In this document: piece after piece, positions 19,544 to 28,544 of the stretch
Layout: each line of letters starts with the position of its first letter
Numbering within the stretch: position 1 is the stretch's first letter
From: a virus
Virus record (IMG/VR): IMGVR_UViG_3300030060_008003
Coordinates: 1-64,000 of that record
Length of the DNA stretch: 64,000 nucleotides
Strand: one strand, 5' to 3'
The notes under the pieces: generated by a model
Seen by the model: the letters and a program-made list of their open reading frames with translations, nothing else
Told to the model about the DNA's origin: nothing
Database searches by the model: none
Made by a program: the position numbers and the translations under genes

Positions 19544-21150
19544 AGACCGTAACGTCTAAGCTCTTCTAACTGCCAAGATGTCTTTGGCTTATATTTTTCT
19601 TTAAAGGACTGATTCTTAGTCTCGGTCCTTTTATTACGCTTATCAGAAGCAGTTTGCTCAGTAAGATATACTGATGTATTGGTTTTATGTGACTCAAGCA
19701 TAGGTTGCATCCTTATAGCCTCATCACCACCTTCTTCATCTTCAATCATATTTTTAGCTAAGTCTTCTTTATCTTTAGTAACCATAGCTTTAAGAACTTC
19801 TTCATAATCGTCAGGCACATCTTCATCTGATTGTGGTCCGATATCAAAGTCATCAAACTCATTATCTTCACTAGCAGCATGCATAATAATTACTGTATCT
19901 TCATCTACTCCGTACTCTTTAGTACCATCACCCATATCATCCCACTCACCAGAGATACAATCTTTTACGTCAACACCAGCATGATTGCAAGCGTCTTCTA
20001 AAGAGTCAAATGTTTTATCTTTCATCATAATTTGACCATGTTGTCCTCCTACGGAGCCTACGGAAAATTTAATGTTAAACTCATCCTCTGCGCCTTCATA
20101 ATTACCTCTCATCTTAGCTAATACAGCACCAGCCACTCTTTCTCCAGCTGCTTTTGAGCCATACTTTTTACCAGCGCTTTTTGCTATTTTAGAAAAATTC
20201 TTTCCCGGTTTACCGATATCTTTTCCTGCTCTAGCCTTCTTAGCACTAAGATCTTCTGCATCTTCTACTTCAGTAATTCCTCCACCTTCTTCACCCATTG
20301 AATATTCATCCGGCTCTTCAGGACTATCAAAACCATATCCCATCTCCTCATAATCCTCATCAGGTGACATAACAACAACTACACTATCACTAATTCTATC
20401 AACGTCTCTCTTTAACGCTGCTTCAATTTTATCAATACCGTGTGCTGTAACAGCCTTAGCTAATGGAGTATCTGGATCAACCGAAAACTGAACTGTATTA
20501 CCACTAATATCTAACCCATCTTCATTAGCATACTTTGAAACAATATTACCAACATCTTCAACACGCTCTGCATCTCTGATTTTAATCTCAATAAACGTTG
20601 TTGGATCTTCTTTTGACATTTGTAAACTTTGAGCTAACTCAGATTCTGCAGCATCCATTTGACCTACAGCACCTTCAACAGCATCACCCATATCTTCACC
20701 TGCTTTAATGTCTTTAGCTAATTCCAAAGCAGCTTTTTGTGCTGCATATTTTTCTTCCCTACCTCTATCAGTTGTTGCTCTATTAATATAACGAGCGAGA
20801 TTATCTTCAACCTCTTTAGCTATCGCATCTTTATTTTGTTCGATAACATCCTCTTTTGCATCCAATAAGGCTAGAAGATTTTTCTTTTTGGCAGCAAACC
20901 CAGCTCCTCTCTTAGCAGCAGCTAATTCATCATCGCTTATAAGCTCTAAGTTATACAGTGCTGTTCTAATAAAGTTAATTGTATCCAGCGGAGCAGAACT
21001 GAACCCAGCTGATCTTAGATCTTTAGTAACACCACCAAAAGAAGGATGGTATTTAGCATAAGGTGATTTTTTAGCTTCCGTAAGGAACTCTGCCCTGTTG
21101 AATAAATCATTAAAGCCACTAAAATTATCGGTGAAATCGAAGGAACTCAT
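19540..21150 (-). CDS. acidic late protein, putative processed internal head polyprotein
   Basis: Late promoter; FLTE, MLE and YLTE sites; E-D-x-E linkers flank a basic module KKARAGKDIGKPGKNF. Confidence 0.55.
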   Translation of the reverse strand: MSSFDFTDNFSGFNDLFNRAEFLTEAKKSPYAKYHPSFGGVTKDLRSAGFSSAPLDTINFIRTALYNLELISDDELAAAKRGAGFAAKKKNLLALLDAKEDVIEQNKDAIAKEVEDNLARYINRATTDRGREEKYAAQKAALELAKDIKAGEDMGDAVEGAVGQMDAAESELAQSLQMSKEDPTTFIEIKIRDAERVEDVGNIVSKYANEDGLDISGNTVQFSVDPDTPLAKAVTAHGIDKIEAALKRDVDRISDSVVVVMSPDEDYEEMGYGFDSPEEPDEYSMGEEGGGITEVEDAEDLSAKKARAGKDIGKPGKNFSKIAKSAGKKYGSKAAGERVAGAVLAKMRGNYEGAEDEFNIKFSVGSVGGQHGQIMMKDKTFDSLEDACNHAGVDVKDCISGEWDDMGDGTKEYGVDEDTVIIMHAASEDNEFDDFDIGPQSDEDVPDDYEEVLKAMVTKDKEDLAKNMIEDEEGGDEAIRMQPMLESHKTNTSVYLTEQTASDKRNKRTETKNQSFKEKYKPKTSWQLEELRRYGL

Positions 21151-21156
21151 ATAATA

Positions 21157-21164
21157 TATTTATA
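21157..21164 (-). promoter_or_regulatory. T4-type late promoter
   Basis: Perfect TATAAATA-6nt-ATG. Confidence 0.75.
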
Positions 21165-21167
21165 CCC

Positions 21168-21620
21168 ATGAAGCTAAATTATAAGGATTTTAATAAAATG
21201 ACTGAAAAAGAACTGTGTAAACTGCCTGGTGTAGGGAGGACCACAGCTAAACGTATTGTAGGCTTTAGACCTTTTAGAAACAATGACGACCTGTTTAAGG
21301 TAAAGGGTCTAGGTAGAAAGACACTTAAGAATCTAGGAATCGAAAAAACTAAAAAGAAAAAGAAAAAATGGTTTACTATTGATGGTGTCGATTACCCGGA
21401 TTATAGTCTAGCCAAAGACAAGAGATATGGTAATATTGATTTGTTTTGGAGGATACCTAAGGAGCATAGACAATCTATCGGCGAACCAAGTGCCCATGTA
21501 TTACGAATGAGAAAAATTTGCGAAAGAATTAGAGCTGAGGGACCTGAAGGTACTATGAGTAGATATGTTGATAATTCACATATGTGGGAGCCAGGATTTA
21601 AGTTTGATTGGGAAGATTGA
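21168..21620 (+). CDS. helix-hairpin-helix (ComEA-like) DNA-binding protein
   Basis: ELCKLPGVGRTTAKRIV...PF...DLFKVKGLGRKTL. Confidence 0.8.
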   Translation: MKLNYKDFNKMTEKELCKLPGVGRTTAKRIVGFRPFRNNDDLFKVKGLGRKTLKNLGIEKTKKKKKKWFTIDGVDYPDYSLAKDKRYGNIDLFWRIPKEHRQSIGEPSAHVLRMRKICERIRAEGPEGTMSRYVDNSHMWEPGFKFDWED

Positions 21621-21644
21621 TTATTGCACAAAATATATTAACAT
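21617..21644 (+). promoter_or_regulatory. sigma70-like promoter (GATase-GT)
   Basis: TTGATT-N16-TAACAT-5nt-ATG. Confidence 0.6.
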
Positions 21645-21649
21645 AAATT

Positions 21650-22312
21650 ATGTGTGCAATTTTCGGATCGTTTGATAAGACTATGTTAGAGGTCTTATAC
21701 GACGCAAATAAGGAACGTGGTAATTTTGCTAGTAGTATTGTATGCTTGTCAGATGATGATCAGTATATTGCTAAATATGAAGGTGATATAAATTTTGATA
21801 AATTTAACTATGCTGGTAGAAAAGACATAGAATATCTTCTAGGGCATGTACAAGCTCCTACCTCAGCTAAAAGAACTTGGAATTATAATACATCACATCC
21901 GTTCGAATCTATGACTTGGTTAGTGAGTCATAATGGCGTTCTAACGAATGAAAAAAAGCTAAGAAGAAAGCATACAAGATTTTTAGAAAATCCTGTTGAT
22001 ACAGCTGTTATAGTTGAGTTACTTGAGAAATATTCACAAGTTAATAAAACACCTATCAATACTATTAAGCAAGTACTACCGATGCTTGAAGGTTCGTTTG
22101 CTTTAAGTGTTGTTAATTGTGATACGAACGATGTGTTTATTGCTAGAGTAGGATCTGTATTACATTACAATAACAAAGGTAACTACACTACAATGCCAGG
22201 AGCTGGTTATAAGGTTTTACCAGAAGGTGTAATAATGAAGTTAAATAAGAGAACAAAACGTTGGAATAAAGCTGGGACTTTTGAAGTTAAGTCTCCATTT
22301 ACATTTGTATGA
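21650..22312 (+). CDS. stand-alone class II (Ntn) glutamine amidotransferase
   Basis: N-terminal MCAIFG, RG, HPF, HNGVLTN, VDT, EGSFA. Confidence 0.85.
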   Translation: MCAIFGSFDKTMLEVLYDANKERGNFASSIVCLSDDDQYIAKYEGDINFDKFNYAGRKDIEYLLGHVQAPTSAKRTWNYNTSHPFESMTWLVSHNGVLTNEKKLRRKHTRFLENPVDTAVIVELLEKYSQVNKTPINTIKQVLPMLEGSFALSVVNCDTNDVFIARVGSVLHYNNKGNYTTMPGAGYKVLPEGVIMKLNKRTKRWNKAGTFEVKSPFTFV

Positions 22313-22968
22313 GCAACACATTTATATTTTCTGCTACAGCAGGTAAAAAAGAAGATTCAATGCTTTATAATACTTGTAAAGATGAAGGAATTGATATCTT
22401 CATTAAAGAGCATAATAAAGAATCGTTACAAAAAACATATAACAAAGCAATCGATTTTGCAATTAAGGAAAGAGTTGAAAATCTAGTTCTTGTTCATGAT
22501 GATGTAATATTAGAAGCTTTTTCAGAGAGAAGAATAGAAAAAAACTTTGAAAAATTTGATATAGTAGGTGTCGCCGGTTGTAATAAAGTAACTCTTAAAA
22601 AACCAGTATTGTGGCATTTACTTGGAGGAGGATTTGAAGGCGGGCATTTAATCGGTGCAGTTGCACATGGTACAGTAAATCAAAAACACATGGGTGGTTT
22701 TGGATTTTACCCTAACAGAGCTATTCTTATTGATGGAGTCTTTTTGGTTATAAAGAGAAAGGTATTTGAAAAAATACGATTTGATGAGTCGTGTCCATCT
22801 AAGTGGCATTTTTATGATTTAGATTATTCTATGCAATGTCACAAAGCTGGGTTTAAAGTTGGCGTTGGTGATTTTATTATAACACACAAATCTCCCGGTC
22901 TTACAGAGTTTACTGAAGAGTTTCAAAAAGGCGAAGACTGGTTTCTTGATAAGTGGAAAACTCAATAA
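22309..22968 (+). CDS. GT-A glycosyltransferase (Glyco_tranf_2_5-like)
   Basis: YNKAI, LVHDDV, GVAG, IDGVF, FDE, WHFYDLDYS, HKSPG. Confidence 0.8.
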   Translation: MSNTFIFSATAGKKEDSMLYNTCKDEGIDIFIKEHNKESLQKTYNKAIDFAIKERVENLVLVHDDVILEAFSERRIEKNFEKFDIVGVAGCNKVTLKKPVLWHLLGGGFEGGHLIGAVAHGTVNQKHMGGFGFYPNRAILIDGVFLVIKRKVFEKIRFDESCPSKWHFYDLDYSMQCHKAGFKVGVGDFIITHKSPGLTEFTEEFQKGEDWFLDKWKTQ

Positions 22969-22981
22969 TCTATTATACCAT
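22954..22981 (+). promoter_or_regulatory. sigma70-like promoter (41)
   Basis: TGGAAA-N16-TACCAT-6nt-GTG. Confidence 0.55.
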
Positions 22982-22987
22982 TAAATT

Positions 22988-24295
22988 GTGAGTAAATTAG
23001 ACTTAGATTATTTCGAAAATATTCTTATTTATAAGTCTCTTACTGATAGTGGTTATTTGGCTTCTATTGCTGATTTTGTTAAGCCAGAATACTTTAAAAA
23101 TAAATCGATTGCAAGTATCTTTAATATTATTAAAGAGTTTTCTGAAAATAGGAATAAACTTCCAACTGCTACTGAAATAAAATCTTATCTTGTTTCTGAC
23201 GAGCAGAAAGAGTCGTTTAAGGAACTTGTTAAGTCATTTTCCGATATTGATAATACTTTAGATAAAGACGAACTGTATGATAATACTGAACAGTTCCTAA
23301 AGGAAAAGGCTGTCTATCATACAATGCTAAATGTTGCTGAAGATGTATCAAGTGGTAAAGTAGATACGTCTGTTGTGTTGGATAAGTTTGAAAAGTCTTG
23401 TAATATTAACCTTGTAACCGATCTCGGTTTAGACTTTTACGGCGATGTTGATAAACTTATTGATGATCTTAACTCTGTAGAAAGATATGTTCCAAGTAAG
23501 TGGGAATGGCTAGATAATTGTTTAGGTGGAGGCTTTCTAGAAGCGGGTAAGGCTCTATATGTCTTTGCAGGTGAAACTAATATTGGTAAATCTATCTTTT
23601 TAGGTAATATTGCGAGTAATATAGCTGAAGAAGGTAAGAACGTTTTATTGGTTACTCTTGAGATGTCTGAGCTATTGTATGCTAGACGTATTTGTAGTAA
23701 CGTTACTAAGATTCCAATGAAAGAACTAGCTCAAAACTCTGCCAGCATTAAGCATGGTATGAGTAATGAAGATGGTAAAATTTTTATTAAAGAGTTTCCT
23801 CCTGCAACTATTACTGCTAATCAACTTAAAGCATTTGTTAAGAAGTTTGAAGAGCAGGGCATTAAGCTAGATGCTATTGTACTTGATTACCTTAATCTAA
23901 TGCACTCTACTGTGGGTAATAATTCATATGAACGTATAAAGCATGTAACAGAGCAAGTACGTGCTATGAGTTACTTGTTTAATTGTCCTATTATTTCAGC
24001 TACTCAATTGAATAGAGCTGGGTTTGATACAGATAATCCTGACTTAGCTACTATTTCTGAATCTATTGGTCTAGCTGCTACTGCTGATGCAATTATTTCT
24101 ATCTTTCAGAATGAAGAAGATAGAGGTATAGGTGTTATTAGACTTGGTATGATGAAAAATCGTTATGGTCCGAGAGGTAATACTCAAGCTATGAGGATTG
24201 ATTACTCTACTCTAACTATTGAACAAGCAGATGATATTGAGATAGGGGAAGATATGGATGATACCCTTAACGTGCTGGCTGGACTTGCACAATAA
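22988..24295 (+). CDS. 41: gp41 replicative helicase (DnaB-like)
   Basis: GETNIGKS, VTLEMSE, IKEFP, LDYLNL, SATQLNR, SESIG, KNRYG. Confidence 0.95.
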   Translation: MSKLDLDYFENILIYKSLTDSGYLASIADFVKPEYFKNKSIASIFNIIKEFSENRNKLPTATEIKSYLVSDEQKESFKELVKSFSDIDNTLDKDELYDNTEQFLKEKAVYHTMLNVAEDVSSGKVDTSVVLDKFEKSCNINLVTDLGLDFYGDVDKLIDDLNSVERYVPSKWEWLDNCLGGGFLEAGKALYVFAGETNIGKSIFLGNIASNIAEEGKNVLLVTLEMSELLYARRICSNVTKIPMKELAQNSASIKHGMSNEDGKIFIKEFPPATITANQLKAFVKKFEEQGIKLDAIVLDYLNLMHSTVGNNSYERIKHVTEQVRAMSYLFNCPIISATQLNRAGFDTDNPDLATISESIGLAATADAIISIFQNEEDRGIGVIRLGMMKNRYGPRGNTQAMRIDYSTLTIEQADDIEIGEDMDDTLNVLAGLAQ

Positions 24296-24319
24296 GGAAC
24301 TTTTAGTAAATACTAGAAA

Positions 24320-25195
24320 GTGAATATCCAAGTATGGACAGATACAGATTTACATGGCGCAGGTTCTGCTCTTGTATTAAAGTGGTTATATAAAGATGCT
24401 AAAATATTTAGCATTAATGACGTTTCTGAGTATACTTTTACCGGTAAGTTTAAAGGTGCACAGGAATCCTTAGATCATTATGATAGGGTTTACATTATTG
24501 ACCTAGATTTAACACCCGAGCAAATTAAGTTAGCTGATAAACCAAATGTAGTAGTAGTTGATGCGCATAAAAATCACGCTAAACATAAAGAACTTTATAG
24601 TAAAGCAAAAACTATACTTGATGATAGTTATTATTCTTGCGTAGATCTAATCTTGGATAAATTTAATAAGCATTTACAGCATTTAACAGATAAACAAAAA
24701 GAGTTGTTAGAGTATATTAGTACATATGACTGGTATAATACAAAACATAAAGAGTCGTTAAAGTTAAATGCTATATACTATAATCTAAATTCTCCTAAAA
24801 CCGAAAAATTTATAGCGGCGTTTATAGATGGATATAGAGAATTTACTATACATGAAAAGAATGCTATAAAGTTATATTTTAAAAAGTTTAAAGACCAAAT
24901 TGATACGGGTGAAGTCTTTACAGGTATGATAAAAGACTATAGTGTCGTCGCTACATTTGCAAACTATGCAATTAATGAACTTGCGCACTTCTTATTAAAG
25001 AAGTATAACACAGATATAAGCATTATTGTAAACACACAAGCTAAGACTGTATCATTTAGACGTTCAAAAGAGAGTAACATAGATGTAAGTATATTAGCTA
25101 CAAAACTATGCGGTGGTGGAGGACATGCAGCGGCAGCTGGCGGTAAGTTGACTGAACAATTCGCGAATTTAACCAAAACATTTGTACCGTGTTAA
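24320..25195 (+). CDS. DHH/DHHA1-family phosphoesterase with variant motifs
   Basis: DTDLHG, IIDL, VDAH in place of DHH, SFR, GGGGHAAAAG. Confidence 0.75.
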   Translation: MNIQVWTDTDLHGAGSALVLKWLYKDAKIFSINDVSEYTFTGKFKGAQESLDHYDRVYIIDLDLTPEQIKLADKPNVVVVDAHKNHAKHKELYSKAKTILDDSYYSCVDLILDKFNKHLQHLTDKQKELLEYISTYDWYNTKHKESLKLNAIYYNLNSPKTEKFIAAFIDGYREFTIHEKNAIKLYFKKFKDQIDTGEVFTGMIKDYSVVATFANYAINELAHFLLKKYNTDISIIVNTQAKTVSFRRSKESNIDVSILATKLCGGGGHAAAAGGKLTEQFANLTKTFVPC

Positions 25196-25488
25196 CAACA
25201 TCAAATATATCACCAAATCCCTCCAAAACTTTAATAAAGGATGAAACGGAGCATCTACTACTTTGCTTTTGCACGTTTTGTTCAATGTTAAAAGGCAAAA
25301 AACTATCCTTGCAAAATATTTTTATATTAGTACTGCAAGAAGAGAGATTAAGAAATATTCTAAAGGAACTATTAACAATAGAAACAAATTTTGATATAGT
25401 AAAACTGTTTATTGACTTCGAGCCAGCAATTACAAAGTCGAAGTATATTACTAAGTTCCTTAATTCGAATTCAAATATACAGTTGTAA
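25189..25488 (+). CDS. hypothetical protein
   Basis: 99 aa ORF overlapping the DHH stop. Confidence 0.6.
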   Translation: MLTTSNISPNPSKTLIKDETEHLLLCFCTFCSMLKGKKLSLQNIFILVLQEERLRNILKELLTIETNFDIVKLFIDFEPAITKSKYITKFLNSNSNIQL

Positions 25489-25495
25489 AAAACTG

Positions 25496-25523
25496 TTGAT
25501 ATCCTTTTCGTAGGTCATATAAT
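25496..25523 (+). promoter_or_regulatory. sigma70-like promoter (32)
   Basis: TTGATA-N16-TATAAT-6nt-ATG. Confidence 0.7.
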
Positions 25524-25529
25524 AATGAC

Positions 25530-26366
25530 ATGAGTACTTTTAATACTTCAATGTTTCAATCAATTAAAGACGCGTTAGCGAGCTCCGATAGTAAGGGTTC
25601 TGCTACATTTAACGAAATTATGCCTACTAAAGTAGGTAATACTTATACGGTAAGACTTTTGCCTTATGCAAAAGATCCTAGTAAGACATTCTTTCATTAT
25701 TACAATCATGGATGGAATTCTTTCGCTACTGGCCAATATGTTCAGACGCTTAGCCCACAGACGTTCGGTGAAAGAGATCCGATTGCTGAGGAGAGGTTTA
25801 AGGTTCTTAGAACAGGTAGTGAAGAAGAGAAAGAAAAGATGCAAGCTATTCGTCGTTTGGAAAAGTGGCTTGTTAACGTATATGTTATCGATGATCCTGC
25901 TAATCCGGATAATAACGGTAAAGTAAAAATTCTTCGATACGGTAAGCAGCTTCAAAAAATTATTACTGAAGCTATTGAAGGTGAAGATGCTGAAGAGTTT
26001 GGTCCTCGTATCTTTGATCTAGGTAGTGAAGGTGTTAACTTTAAGATCAAGGTAGAGCAGCAAGGAGACTTTCCTACATATGTCTCATCGAGATTTACTA
26101 CTGCTGGTAAGATTGATATTTCTGATGATAAGCAGAAAGAAATCTACGAAAGTGCATTTGATCTTACTGACGTGTTTACTCAAAAGTCTTACGATGAACT
26201 CAAAGATATGCTTAACGAGCATTATTATTGTAAGACTGAAGATGAAGTACCTGCTACTTCAGCTCCAGAACCTGCTCCAACACCAGCTGAGCCTGAGCCA
26301 GTAGTAGCAGCTGCTACCAATGATAGTGTTGAAGAGGATATTGATGACCTATTGAAGGATCTTTAA
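25530..26366 (+). CDS. 32: gp32-like single-stranded DNA-binding protein
   Basis: VRLLP, NVYVIDDPANPDNNGKVKILRYGK, FD..G.NFKIK, acidic tail DIDDLLKDL. Confidence 0.88.
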   Translation: MSTFNTSMFQSIKDALASSDSKGSATFNEIMPTKVGNTYTVRLLPYAKDPSKTFFHYYNHGWNSFATGQYVQTLSPQTFGERDPIAEERFKVLRTGSEEEKEKMQAIRRLEKWLVNVYVIDDPANPDNNGKVKILRYGKQLQKIITEAIEGEDAEEFGPRIFDLGSEGVNFKIKVEQQGDFPTYVSSRFTTAGKIDISDDKQKEIYESAFDLTDVFTQKSYDELKDMLNEHYYCKTEDEVPATSAPEPAPTPAEPEPVVAAATNDSVEEDIDDLLKDL

Positions 26367-26367
26367 T

Positions 26368-26844
26368 ATGGACACCCAAGGAATGACACCAGAAGAGAAA
26401 GCTGTAGTAATGCAGTTTATGGGCCAAACATACGGTCAATTACATCAACAAGATCAAAATATTGTTGGGAATGCTGGTAATTTAAAACCAAAATCCCACG
26501 AGATGAAACAAGTATTTGAACAAACTGCTCATATGCCTGTTGTGCAAAAAATTCCACAAGCTCCGCCATCACAGCCTCAAGCTGCACCGGTGCAACCCGT
26601 ACAGCAAATCACACCAGAACAAGCAGCTGTTGAGTTACAACAAGCCCCACCGGTTGTAGAACCAGTAAAACAACTTAATAACGAGCCAGTTCATAATCCA
26701 AATCAAATGGAATTAGATCTATCTGAACCCACTGTCACGGATAAGTTACTTGATCTCTTAAAAGAGCAAAATTTGCTATTGAAAGAAATTAGCTTAAAAT
26801 TAGATAATGGAAAAAAGACAACTAAAGGTCGCAAACAAAGCTGA
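26368..26844 (+). CDS. Gln/Pro-rich hypothetical protein
   Basis: 158 aa with a low-complexity centre. Confidence 0.6.
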   Translation: MDTQGMTPEEKAVVMQFMGQTYGQLHQQDQNIVGNAGNLKPKSHEMKQVFEQTAHMPVVQKIPQAPPSQPQAAPVQPVQQITPEQAAVELQQAPPVVEPVKQLNNEPVHNPNQMELDLSEPTVTDKLLDLLKEQNLLLKEISLKLDNGKKTTKGRKQS

Positions 26845-27532
26845 ATTTCTAAAGTTATTAGACGCTATTTCAAAAATAAATGATAGTGGCGTTATTCTTG
26901 ATTTACAAGAAGATAAAATAACTAGCTTGGTATCGAGTATCGATAGTACTTTAATCCTGTGCTCTGAATATAAAACTAAGCTTGGTTTTAATAGCTCATT
27001 AAACGTACCCGATGTTAAGAAGTTGCGCAATGTCTTAGATACTATTGAAGATACAGATGTATCCTTAGATATTAATTCGAATAATCTCGAGTATAAGGGG
27101 GATAGTGTTAAATTTAAGTATCATTTATTTGAAGAAGGCTTTATAACTAGACCTAATATTAATTTAGAAAAAATTAATTCATTTAAATTTGATGTGGTTT
27201 TTAAACTTAATAAAAATACCTTACAACGACTGTTTAAGGGTAGTACTTTTGCATCAGAAACTAATAAGATATATTTTTATACTGAAAACGGTAATTTAAT
27301 GGCAGAGCTTACAGATCGAGCTCGACATAATACTGATAACTTTACTCTAAGTTTAGGTAAGGTGGATATAGAGTTAAAGCCTATACCGGTTAATTTAGAT
27401 AATATTAGATTACTCTCTATTATAAACGAAGAGTTTAATGTTAAAGTAAATACTGAATACGGTGTTGTTGTATTTGATATTGAAGATAAGGATATTAAAT
27501 TAAAATATATTATATCAGCCCTAACTCAATGA
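26807..27532 (+). CDS. 45: gp45-like sliding clamp
   Basis: 241 aa with a two-domain alternating beta/alpha pattern, ending LKYIISAL; replication cluster context. Confidence 0.65.
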   Translation: MEKRQLKVANKAEFLKLLDAISKINDSGVILDLQEDKITSLVSSIDSTLILCSEYKTKLGFNSSLNVPDVKKLRNVLDTIEDTDVSLDINSNNLEYKGDSVKFKYHLFEEGFITRPNINLEKINSFKFDVVFKLNKNTLQRLFKGSTFASETNKIYFYTENGNLMAELTDRARHNTDNFTLSLGKVDIELKPIPVNLDNIRLLSIINEEFNVKVNTEYGVVVFDIEDKDIKLKYIISALTQ

Positions 27533-27867
27533 TAATGCAACAAAAAAAGAATAAGCTTAAAACTGCAGGTTATTTTATTAAGAGATTAAAAGATAACGAC
27601 TTCGTAACGTTACGAATATTTGACAAATATAGTGAATCAGATCCACGAAAGTGGACTGTTTTGGTCGACCCGGGAGGAGCTTCTGTTTTTGTTACATGTT
27701 TTGAGAATACTCCATTTAAGGGAGAATATCTGTTTAACTTTAATGATGGAAATCAAATATTCAATAATAATTTTAGCTTAAAAACTGATTCTATTGAGGT
27801 TGTTGTAAGTAAGTTATTAAAATCGGGAGTGCAGCAAAAGGATAAGAATGATTTTTTGAATAAATAA
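27529..27867 (+). CDS. hypothetical protein
   Basis: 112 aa, translationally coupled to the upstream gene. Confidence 0.6.
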   Translation: MIMQQKKNKLKTAGYFIKRLKDNDFVTLRIFDKYSESDPRKWTVLVDPGGASVFVTCFENTPFKGEYLFNFNDGNQIFNNNFSLKTDSIEVVVSKLLKSGVQQKDKNDFLNK

Positions 27868-27871
27868 TTAT

Positions 27872-28216
27872 ATGAGTGATGATCAACCAGAAAAAGATTC
27901 CGAAGATTTTGAGGATCCGGTTGAAAATGATGAGGAATTAAGAGAATTGGTTGAAAAAGCTCTTAAGCAAAGTTTAGTTGAGAAAAAAACATTTAAGAGA
28001 AGACAAGATTTAGCGCACAGACTAAGCAACATTATTAGCGAATATTTAGATTGTTATATTTTATTAGGTTATGATTTTCAAGGGCAATATTTAGACATTA
28101 AAGCGTCTAAAACACCACAACAACAAGAAGCATTACATTCGTTTTTATTAAAATACTTTGCATCTGAAATGCATCATATAAAAGGTCATGGGTTCGGTCC
28201 AGATGAAATATCGTAA
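27872..28216 (+). CDS. hypothetical protein
   Basis: 114 aa; TAAATA 5 nt upstream. Confidence 0.6.
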   Translation: MSDDQPEKDSEDFEDPVENDEELRELVEKALKQSLVEKKTFKRRQDLAHRLSNIISEYLDCYILLGYDFQGQYLDIKASKTPQQQEALHSFLLKYFASEMHHIKGHGFGPDEIS

Positions 28217-28544
28217 AAGAGATATATACGCAGTTGAGACGGGAGACTACGTAGGTAAAATGTTTGCAGTGGTAAAATTAAAAAAAGACACTATTGGCTG
28301 TCTTATTTTACCACAAATGGAAAACGTTGATGTTCCGATAGAATCATTTGATAACGGAAGGAACAATGATATAATTAAATTAGTAGAGAAGCTTCCTAAA
28401 GACGTGTATTCTGTTATAGAGGCTCAATATAATAAAAATGAAAACTCTAATAATAGACGGGAACAATTTAATACACCGAACATATCATACAGCGAAAATC
28501 CAGTCGAAGAAGACGAAGAATCACACGGATTACCAAGTAAGTAA
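28203..28544 (+). CDS. hypothetical protein
   Basis: ATG 28203 preferred; 3' end overlaps rnh by 107 nt. Confidence 0.5.
   Translation: MKYRKRDIYAVETGDYVGKMFAVVKLKKDTIGCLILPQMENVDVPIESFDNGRNNDIIKLVEKLPKDVYSVIEAQYNKNENSNNRREQFNTPNISYSENPVEEDEESHGLPSK

Noticed and set aside
12665-24295. Inteins or introns in gp43, uvsX or gp41
   Set aside because: Normal lengths and contiguous motifs; YNDTDS is only a motif C variant
28438-28544. 107-nt overlap as a programmed frameshift
   Set aside because: rnh has its own canonical N-terminus (MKTLIIDGNN); the overlap looks like run-on of the upstream ORF
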